DNA of 64,000 bases from contig CALBRH010000060.1 of NCBI GenBank assembly GCA_937899865.1, positions 1 to 64,000 on the forward strand. Direction: 5' to 3'. The notes beneath the pieces are model-generated. The model was not told the DNA's origin and did no database searches. It worked only from the letters and a program-made list of their open reading frames with translations. The position numbers were made by a program, and so were the translations under genes. This DNA is from an uncultured euryarchaeote. Lineage in GTDB: Archaea; Thermoplasmatota; Poseidoniia; Poseidoniales; Poseidoniaceae. Of this stretch, positions 56,707 to 64,000 are shown one piece after another. How positions within the stretch are numbered: the stretch's first letter is position 1; each line of letters begins with the position of its first letter.

Positions 56707-57912
56707 CTACAATAATATAATTTTACATCGCTCGCCTTTACGCCCTTTTGCTGCTGGTTCAATCACTGTTAAACCATCACTCATAGCGATTCCTGCAATA
56801 TTTCCAGAGCCTTGATGGCCTTTTAACCGAGCGTAGGTAATACCGTTTGATTCGAATAATTCTACTCGTCTAAAAGTGGTAAATCCTTCTTGGGTTTTGA
56901 TATCTTCATCTAAGATCGCGTGGGTAAATTTGTTATTGACATCTTTGGATTTAGTAAGTGATGTTAGCCATTTCCCAACAATTGCTCTAAACACAACGTG
57001 ACTACTTACTGGATTTCCAGGTAATCCAAAAATTGGAGTGTTTTCCCACATACCAAATATTGGTGGTGAGCCAGGTCTCATCTTAACCCTCCAGAATTTG
57101 ATATCTCCTTCTTGCTCCATTAAGATTCTAACAAAGTCTTTGTCACCCATAGATACTCCTCCTGAAGTGATTATGCAATCATGGGTTTTTGATGCTTCAT
57201 TCAGCGTGTCGCGAAGAATATCTATATCATCTATAACATTGGAGAAACGGGTTACTTCGTGGCCATAAATTTCTACTAAAGCAGCCAAACCATAAGAATT
57301 AGATTCGTATATTTGCCCGTGCTCTAAATCATCATCTAGAGATTTGAGTTCATCGCCAGTTGATATTACTGCAATCTTGAGTTTTTTGAAAACGGAGATT
57401 GTTGATATCCCTGCGGCTGCGCACAAAGCTATTTTTTCTGGAGACATCGTTTCTCCGGGAGAAAAAATTGTTTGGTTTTTTGCGAAATTTTCGCCCAATT
57501 TACGGATAAAATGGGGTTTTGATGGTTTATTGAGAGTTACTTTGTCACCCGCTACAGTACAATCTTCTATTGGAATTATAGAGTCCGCTCCTTGTGGTAT
57601 TGGTGCTCCTGTCATGATTCTTATCGCTTGACCAGATGATAATGTGCGGCTTTCTGTAGAGCCTGCCATTGAAGCGCCGATAATAGATAATTGGGAGGGA
57701 GGTGATGTTGTGTCTGAATGCACAACTGCAAATCCATCCATCGCTGAATTATCAAACCCTGGATCGTTTACTTTGGCCTTAATATCACTAGAAACTATAC
57801 GATTAATCGATTGTGAAATTGGTATTATCTCAGATCCTACATCTATGGATGTTTTTTGGCACAAACTAATTGCTTCGTTTAGAGAAACAAAGTATGGGTA
57901 TGGTTTGGCCAT
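56707..57912 (-). CDS. moeA: Molybdopterin molybdotransferase MoeA
   Basis: FDNSAMDGFA, RIMTGAPIP, STGDEL, TSGGVSMGDKD, GLPGNPVS. Confidence 0.93.
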   Translation of the reverse strand: MAKPYPYFVSLNEAISLCQKTSIDVGSEIIPISQSINRIVSSDIKAKVNDPGFDNSAMDGFAVVHSDTTSPPSQLSIIGASMAGSTESRTLSSGQAIRIMTGAPIPQGADSIIPIEDCTVAGDKVTLNKPSKPHFIRKLGENFAKNQTIFSPGETMSPEKIALCAAAGISTISVFKKLKIAVISTGDELKSLDDDLEHGQIYESNSYGLAALVEIYGHEVTRFSNVIDDIDILRDTLNEASKTHDCIITSGGVSMGDKDFVRILMEQEGDIKFWRVKMRPGSPPIFGMWENTPIFGLPGNPVSSHVVFRAIVGKWLTSLTKSKDVNNKFTHAILDEDIKTQEGFTTFRRVELFESNGITYARLKGHQGSGNIAGIAMSDGLTVIEPAAKGRKGERCKIILL

Positions 57913-57936
57913 ATACTCCCCAAAACAAAATTTACT

Positions 57937-58722
57937 TTGATATTATGGAAGGTAATAGGGATAATACTGCAGTATGAATTGTATTTGTTGTTTGCTGGAT
58001 TAGTTATTATTTCAGCATTATATTCGAGTGTTGGACATGGTGGTGCATCTGGCTATCTTGCTATATTATCAATTTCCTCTTATGGATTGATGAGTCATAT
58101 TTGGTTAAAGCAACATGTATGGGTAATGAATCTAGTCGTTGCTTCAATTGCTTTTTATCATTATAATAAAGCAGGTTATCACATACCAAAACTTACCATT
58201 CCTTTCATAATTGCTAGTATACCAATGGCATTCATCGGAGGTATGTTAGATATTGATGCTGAATTATATGATATATTATTGTCAATTACTTTATTTTGGG
58301 CTGCGTATAAAATTGTAAATTACGTAGATGTTAATCATACTAAACTGAATAATCCAGGAAAATTTGAGCCTTATTTTTGGGGCGGGGGTATTGGATTTTT
58401 TAGTGGACTGATAGGAGTCGGGGGGGGAATTTTTCTATCTCCAATAATCTTACTTAAGCGGTGGGCTACAGTAAAGTCTGCTGCCGCTACTGCGGCTGTA
58501 TTCATATTTGTGAACTCGCTTTCTGGATTAGTTGGTATGGGTGTATCGAATCAATTAAATCTAGATTATTCTTTATTGGCAATTTTTGTGATTGCGATAA
58601 TTATTGGTGGTTATTTAGGTTCATTATATGGAGCTAAATACGCTGATAATAATAGAGTTAGGAATTTGTTAGCAGTTGTTTTGATTATCGCTGCAGGAAA
58701 ACGATTTTTAGAACTATTGTGA
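57937..58722 (+). CDS. TauE/SafE-family (sulfite exporter-like) membrane protein; start may be TTG 57979
   Basis: YSSVGHGGASGYLA, GFFSGLIGVGGGIFLSP, FIFVNSLSG. Confidence 0.85.
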   Translation: MILWKVIGIILQYELYLLFAGLVIISALYSSVGHGGASGYLAILSISSYGLMSHIWLKQHVWVMNLVVASIAFYHYNKAGYHIPKLTIPFIIASIPMAFIGGMLDIDAELYDILLSITLFWAAYKIVNYVDVNHTKLNNPGKFEPYFWGGGIGFFSGLIGVGGGIFLSPIILLKRWATVKSAAATAAVFIFVNSLSGLVGMGVSNQLNLDYSLLAIFVIAIIIGGYLGSLYGAKYADNNRVRNLLAVVLIIAAGKRFLELL

Positions 58723-59925
58723 TTGGAATAATTTGTGTATTTTTTCTGCCTGCTCTTGTGGTGATAATTTAAGATCAATAATTCTGTTCCTGCCAGCAGT
58801 AGCCCATTTTTCGCGCTGGTTTTTATCTCGGCATTCATTTAATGCTTCATGCCATTTTGTATAATCGTACCTTGGTAATAACCTACCGCATTCGCCATCG
58901 ATTATTGAATCTCTAAAACCGCCATCATCAACAAAAATTGCTGGCGTGCCGATTGAAAAAGCCTCAATAGGAGTTAATCCGAATGGTTCTTTGTGAGCCA
59001 TACTAATTATTGCTAAGGAATTTTTCATTAAACTTGATAATTCTTGAGATGATAATCTTGGAGCGACCCAAAGTTTGACTTTTTTAGTTGAAGCATGCTC
59101 CTGGAGAATTTTGATTTCTACATCACTACCGCCACCGACATGCACTAGAGAAATATTGGTGCCAGATAACATAGATATGGCCTCCATTGACCCTTTTGCC
59201 CAATTTGCTGTTCCAATAGTTACAACATATTCTAATTCTTTTCCTTCTATATATGGATTAGTTGTTTGGTCTGTGTTATCTGTGTATTCTTCTCTATCAA
59301 CACATGGGTGGATGAAGTCGCATTTGATGCCATAGACTTCCTCTATTCTCTGTGATGTATAAGATGAGTTACCAGATATTATTGAATTGTTATTTTTGGA
59401 AAATTGTTTGACTATTCTAATATCATTTTTCCTACCCTTTGAAAGTAATAAATTGGTAATAAATTTAGGTCTTTGAAATTTCCCATTTAGATTTCTATGT
59501 AATGAGTCTTCGTGGAAACCTCGATGTGGTTCTAATAGATATAAGTGGGATTTTTTTGCTTTTGGAATTATATCTAGCATCCCTAAATATCCATCACCAC
59601 TAATTATGTGGAAATAATCGAATGTGTCTAACCTTTCTATTAGATCATTACAGCTTAACCATGCTTTTTTTGAAGATGTGTGGATTTTGTCAAATATTTG
59701 TGAAGATGATGAGTAATTGGGAATCCATTTGTTTTCTGGTTTGAATAAATGGATGTTGTTGGTTTTACATATTTCTTCCAATTCACCACAGGAGGATAAT
59801 GTTGCTACTGATACATCATACCACTTCGTTAGATGTGGTAATCTACGTAACAAATCTCTCTCAGCACCACCCATCCTGGAAATAATTCCTTTTGCGATGA
59901 GTAGGGATGGTTTTTCATCAGCCAC
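58714..59925 (-). CDS. Glycosyltransferase family 4
   Basis: GGAER near the N-terminus; EPFGLTPIEAFSIGTP..DDGGFRDSI. Confidence 0.85.
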   Translation of the reverse strand: MADEKPSLLIAKGIISRMGGAERDLLRRLPHLTKWYDVSVATLSSCGELEEICKTNNIHLFKPENKWIPNYSSSSQIFDKIHTSSKKAWLSCNDLIERLDTFDYFHIISGDGYLGMLDIIPKAKKSHLYLLEPHRGFHEDSLHRNLNGKFQRPKFITNLLLSKGRKNDIRIVKQFSKNNNSIISGNSSYTSQRIEEVYGIKCDFIHPCVDREEYTDNTDQTTNPYIEGKELEYVVTIGTANWAKGSMEAISMLSGTNISLVHVGGGSDVEIKILQEHASTKKVKLWVAPRLSSQELSSLMKNSLAIISMAHKEPFGLTPIEAFSIGTPAIFVDDGGFRDSIIDGECGRLLPRYDYTKWHEALNECRDKNQREKWATAGRNRIIDLKLSPQEQAEKIHKLFQSQ

Positions 59926-59975
59926 GAATAGAGGTGGTAGCGTCCAGTATATTTCAACAACTCAAAAATGTCTGG

Positions 59976-60821
59976 TTAATTGTGAAAAATTATACCGTCA
60001 TCACCAGTTCCGGATTTGAACATTTCTTGTAAGGTAATCAAACCAATATCTATAGGATAGGTTTCGTTTTTCGATGGGATTGTTAATGTGGTTAGGTGAT
60101 TGGGTATGTTGCTAATAAAATCGTCAAAAGTTACACCAGCTACATTTGTTATATGGTGGGGTAAAAATTCAACAATTAGCGTTTTTGTTGAATTCAAAAT
60201 ATTGGTCATACCTTTCATTGCAAAATACTCAGAACCTTCGATATCAATTAACACTAAATCAAAAATTTCATCCGACAAATATTCGTCAAGTGAATATGCT
60301 TGAACATCAATCACTTCGGGGTTATCATATGTGTAAATGTATTTATTATTCTGTGGAACTCTTTTGCTACCACCTGAATTTACTGTATTAAGTTGAAATT
60401 TGATTGTTTCTTGTTTATCGCTAGCAGCAATATTGTGTGGTGTAATATTACTTATGTCATTCAATTTTATATTGGTTTGCAGCAAACTGTAATTGTTTGG
60501 ATTGGCTTCTATAGCAACTAATTTTTCACATTTTTTAGAAATTGGTATTGCTAAGGAACCGATATGTGCACCTAAAATTAACACTGATGATTTTTTGTCA
60601 ATATATTTTGAAATTGTATTGATCTCATTAATCCCATACTCTCCTTTTGTTCTCAGTTTTTCCCCTACCTCTAAATCAGCAGGATCAACTGCAAATACTC
60701 CATTATTTGTATTGACTATGATTGAAGAAATATCTTTACCAAGATTTTGTTTTAATCTCTTTGATTTCCTATTTTTTAGGAAAAAATTGAGTCGCCAATA
60801 TAGCGATTTAAGCATTTGCAA
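59976..60821 (-). CDS. FkbM-family methyltransferase
   Basis: LGAHIG, IEANP, LIDIEGSE..KGM. Confidence 0.85.
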   Translation of the reverse strand: MQMLKSLYWRLNFFLKNRKSKRLKQNLGKDISSIIVNTNNGVFAVDPADLEVGEKLRTKGEYGINEINTISKYIDKKSSVLILGAHIGSLAIPISKKCEKLVAIEANPNNYSLLQTNIKLNDISNITPHNIAASDKQETIKFQLNTVNSGGSKRVPQNNKYIYTYDNPEVIDVQAYSLDEYLSDEIFDLVLIDIEGSEYFAMKGMTNILNSTKTLIVEFLPHHITNVAGVTFDDFISNIPNHLTTLTIPSKNETYPIDIGLITLQEMFKSGTGDDGIIFHN

Positions 60822-60824
60822 TCC

Positions 60825-61130
60825 TCAATCAAATTTCATTATATGGCCACATTCTGGATAGGAGCAGCTAACTGTATATCTTTGCTTCTTTGGTTTTGGA
60901 ATTTTCAATCTGCACCCACACATCTCACATTGGATAACAAGTGTTTCTGGCTCAGTTGGTTTTGGAGCATCTTCTAAAACACGACCTGAAGAAGTTTTTG
61001 ACCAACCTAGTGAATCAGTATAATCATCGGTTTTTCTGATTTTCTTTTGTTTTAGTGAAAGGCGCATTTTTCTTTTCTTTTTACGTGGCCTTGGGGCTTT
61101 TCCGCCTCGGTTTGGTCTTCTTGCAGCCAT
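60825..61130 (-). CDS. Small basic protein with a C-terminal Cys4 zinc ribbon
   Basis: R/K-rich N-terminus; CEMC...CSYPEC. Confidence 0.6.
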   Translation of the reverse strand: MAARRPNRGGKAPRPRKKKRKMRLSLKQKKIRKTDDYTDSLGWSKTSSGRVLEDAPKPTEPETLVIQCEMCGCRLKIPKPKKQRYTVSCSYPECGHIMKFD

Positions 61131-61232
61131 GCCAATCGATACTCGGTAAGGGTATAACTATTCAATCGCTTCGCAATAAGGATTGTAGGAGTTTTTACAT
61201 TAATTGATAAACTGAATAGGTAATGAGTATAC

Positions 61233-61724
61233 ATGAAAAGAGGTATTTTACTGTTGGTTTTGTTTTCAATTTTCCTTTCTGGAGATATTGAGTTTAATGA
61301 AAATAATAGTGAAGTGCATACTATAACTGTTGATGGTACTAATTTGAGATTTTACCCCGACTCATTAACAATAAATGAGGGAGATAGTGTTAGATTTCTT
61401 TGGGGTGGAGAGCTTTTACCCCATAATTCGGTAGAAGAAAATGGTGTTTTTGATAGTGGTGAGCCTGAAAGAGAGGTGGATTATTTGTATAATTTTGATT
61501 TTGATCAAGCGGGAACTTATGATTTCTTTTGTGAACCACACCAATCTGTGGGAATGGATGGAACGATTACTGTTTTAGATGTAGAACAAATTATTGAGGT
61601 TTCAAATGAAAATGAGGAAGATAGTAGTGGTGGTTTTATTATAATTGTTGGATTTGTTTTAGGATTAGGGTTATTATTATTGATTTATTTTAGGACAAGA
61701 ATTGGTGATTTAGATATTTTGTAA
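61233..61724 (+). CDS. Plastocyanin/halocyanin-like type 1 copper protein, membrane-anchored
   Basis: PHN and FCEPHQSVGM ligand set; N-terminal signal and C-terminal TM. Confidence 0.85.
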   Translation: MKRGILLLVLFSIFLSGDIEFNENNSEVHTITVDGTNLRFYPDSLTINEGDSVRFLWGGELLPHNSVEENGVFDSGEPEREVDYLYNFDFDQAGTYDFFCEPHQSVGMDGTITVLDVEQIIEVSNENEEDSSGGFIIIVGFVLGLGLLLLIYFRTRIGDLDIL

Positions 61725-61771
61725 TAATGTAATTATTTGAATTAGTTCGGGATATATTTTATCAATTATAG

Positions 61772-61788
61772 ATGATAATAATTATCAT
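61772..61788. promoter_or_regulatory. Perfect 8-1-8 palindrome matching the Fur-box 7-1-7 core
   Basis: ATGATAAT-A-ATTATCAT, 15 nt upstream of the next CDS; AT-rich context weakens the match. Confidence 0.3.
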
Positions 61789-61803
61789 TAAGGGGGCTTA
61801 AAT

Positions 61804-62298
61804 TTGGTAAGAGTGTTAGAGATTCCACCCCCTGTTTCAAAAGAAAATGCTGATGAATATTTTGAAGTCTTAGAAAAAAGGGAATCTGAGAAAGAAGCTG
61901 AAAAATGGATTGAAAAACATTCTAATGAAGATAGACATTATACTATTGGTAATGATTCTTCAGATAATATAATTCAGGAAATTAAGCCTCCGCCAAATTT
62001 ATTTGGTATTTTTATTGTTGATCTTCTACTTTGGGGACCAATATGGATAATATTAGGATTAAATTTTATTTTGGCGATAATAGTTTGCGCAGTATTTAGT
62101 GTAGGTGTTTATGTTGTGTCAGTTAATGGTTATAATAAAAAAATAAAAAATGCTGAATTGGGAATCTATTCAAAGAATGAGAAAAGTTGGGTAAAAGATG
62201 TTGTGGTGTTTTCATTAAGTTTCATAATAATATTATTTTTATTCTTCATATGGTTTGTGATATGGTTTATTAAAAACTTTAAGATGTCAGGTTTGTAA
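61804..62298 (+). CDS. Hypothetical membrane protein
   Basis: Acidic N-terminus followed by 3 hydrophobic helices. Confidence 0.55.
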   Translation: MVRVLEIPPPVSKENADEYFEVLEKRESEKEAEKWIEKHSNEDRHYTIGNDSSDNIIQEIKPPPNLFGIFIVDLLLWGPIWIILGLNFILAIIVCAVFSVGVYVVSVNGYNKKIKNAELGIYSKNEKSWVKDVVVFSLSFIIILFLFFIWFVIWFIKNFKMSGL

Positions 62299-62312
62299 AT
62301 ATTAGATGATGA

Positions 62313-63626
62313 TTATTCAATAATATATGATTTACCGTTCTCTGGTGAATGGGTTTTTATCCCATTTTTTCCCAATTCATCTACTAAGTGAGGCCTTGCA
62401 GTGTCGGGATCTGTGTGATAAATTACTACGTCTTCTGGATCGCATGAATAAATAAAATTTGTAATCTCTTTGTGTCCAGCGTGGGTTGAAAATGAGAAAC
62501 TCTCCCAATTTAATGGAATATCTACTTGTTTACCAAATATATCTATTTTAGATTCTGTTTGTAATTTCCTGCCACCTGTATCCTTTGCTTGATAACCGGT
62601 AAAAAATATCTCATTTTCAATATCGTGTCTAAGTCTATTTAGATACCAAATCGCTGGACCACCTTGTAACATTCCAGAAGTTGAAATAATTACATCTGCA
62701 TCCAGTGCTTTCTTTCTATCTGATTTACTAGATACTCTTCTTGACCAGTTCCATGCATCATTCAATAATTTTGGATCTCTAATAAATTGATTATTTTCAA
62801 GATATAATTTTGTTATTCTTTTACCCATACCATCTACATGAACATCTAGTTCTGGACATTTTTGATAAAGACGTATTAACATGTCTTGGGTTCTACCGTT
62901 GGCAAAGGCTGGAATTAATACAGTACCTTGTTTATCAGTAACCCTGATTACATTTTCAATAAATCTATCTAATTCTTCTTCTTGATTAGCATGATCCTTT
63001 CCACCATAAGTTCCTTCAATAAATAATAAATCTACATCTGAAGGTTTAGCTCCATTTGTTAATGGTGAATTTCTTGTATCAAAATCTCCTGTGAATAATA
63101 TATTTTTGTTATCGGTTTCCAATCTTAACATTCCAGCACCAGGTATATGGCCTGCATTATGAAGTGATAATTGCCAATTTTCTTGTTTCCATGGTTGTTC
63201 AAATTCATGAGTTATCCAAGAATCCATTGCTAAATCAATATCTCTTTTATCCCATGGTAAAGGATATTTCTCAATACTACTAATTTTGTAACAATCATTC
63301 CACATCATATGAGATATCTCTGCAGTTAATTTAGTTCCATGTAAATTAGTATTGTAATTTGCTGGAAGCCATGGTGCCATTCCTAAGTGATCAACGTGTG
63401 AATGAGTAATTATTGCATTTTTTACTGGTGGTGATTCTTTAGGATATTTTGGTGGTGATGTTGGAGCTATTCCATAATCTAAAAGTAATCTGTTAGTAGT
63501 ATGATCTTCCAATATAATACCAACATTACCTACTTCATTACCACCACCAAGGTAATGATATCGATATCCTGATTTAATTGGGTCTTGTGGATAATCGGTT
63601 GTTCGGCCTGGATTGTAAAATACCAT
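62313..63626 (-). CDS. MBL-fold beta-CASP ribonuclease (archaeal CPSF-like)
   Basis: LLDYG, ITHSHVDHLG, AGHIPG, FTGDF, EGTYG, STHAG. Confidence 0.9.
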   Translation of the reverse strand: MVFYNPGRTTDYPQDPIKSGYRYHYLGGGNEVGNVGIILEDHTTNRLLLDYGIAPTSPPKYPKESPPVKNAIITHSHVDHLGMAPWLPANYNTNLHGTKLTAEISHMMWNDCYKISSIEKYPLPWDKRDIDLAMDSWITHEFEQPWKQENWQLSLHNAGHIPGAGMLRLETDNKNILFTGDFDTRNSPLTNGAKPSDVDLLFIEGTYGGKDHANQEEELDRFIENVIRVTDKQGTVLIPAFANGRTQDMLIRLYQKCPELDVHVDGMGKRITKLYLENNQFIRDPKLLNDAWNWSRRVSSKSDRKKALDADVIISTSGMLQGGPAIWYLNRLRHDIENEIFFTGYQAKDTGGRKLQTESKIDIFGKQVDIPLNWESFSFSTHAGHKEITNFIYSCDPEDVVIYHTDPDTARPHLVDELGKNGIKTHSPENGKSYIIE

Positions 63627-63680
63627 TCTGATTCATTTCTTCCAGATTGTCATCTAACATTTAGTTGATGGAAATAAAAC

Positions 63681-63866
63681 ACCCCCACCCCATTATTTCC
63701 ATTGGAAGTAAAATTGAGTTGGAGTAAGTAAACTTCTGGTGTAAATTTAGAATATATTATAGGCTACTTTCAAGATAAAACAAATGACGTTTTCACATTT
63801 TTTGATATAATTCATTTATTTTCACATTTAATCAACAATAATAAATTCCATAGGAAATTAGGGGGT
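63681..63866. other. Candidate replication origin: two inverted ORB-like boxes with G-strings flanking an AT-rich spacer
   Basis: - strand 63708-63681 CTTCCAATGGAAATAATGGGGTGGGGGT; + strand 63846-63866 TTCCATAGGAAATTAGGGGGT; 137-bp AT-rich spacer; no ORF. Confidence 0.65.
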
Positions 63867-64000
63867 CTAAGGATAACATCTTCTTCATTTTAATTTAATG
63901 AGAAAATAATTTCCACTGTATTTTTTCTTAACTTATTTTTTCCAATATATTTCTTTAGGAATCACATAAACTCAAAATGTAATTGATTTTTCCCAAATAT

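Noticed and set aside
63668-63702. 10-bp inverted repeat with a C-rich loop read as an RNA hairpin
   Set aside because: Better explained as DNA-level ORB and G-string sequence.
63630-64000. Possible gene or pseudogene at the right edge
   Set aside because: Frequent stops in the frames I translated, no ORF of 60 aa or more in the track, and no recognisable motif.

Overview
This is an archaeal chromosomal segment, most consistent with Marine Group II Euryarchaeota (Ca. Poseidoniales, Thermoplasmatota). The assignment is inferred from gene content: proteorhodopsin near GGGP synthase, the rpl18a-pfdA-ftsY cluster, archaeal pilin and lipoprotein signals, and many secreted peptidases. The first ~17.4 kb is a phosphate-starvation island. 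It holds a truncated second pstS, a pilin/lamin-tail fusion, and one minus-strand gene run: triple-domain pstS, giant pstC and pstA with Ca-binding-type ectodomains, a TerB-like-pstB fusion, a PlcP/LpxH2-type phosphoesterase and a glycosyltransferase. A divergent AbrB-PhoU, PhoU, CYTH unit and a recurring ATATAG/CTATAT intergenic motif complete the island. The middle carries a HerA-like membrane ATPase, tRNA-Leu(GAG), a surface pentapeptide-repeat protein, purine salvage genes, GSII, a membrane-anchored pseudo-receiver, peptidases, and a MamK/Salactin-like actin followed by a long coiled-coil gene. The right part has blue-tuned proteorhodopsin, a ~100-nt rod-like RNA hairpin, purL/purQ, uvrA, moeA and glycosylation genes. 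The AT-rich right end has two inverted ORB-like elements with G-strings, a candidate replication origin. No CRISPR array, transposase, integrase or rRNA was seen. All family calls come from motif recognition by eye; no database search was run.
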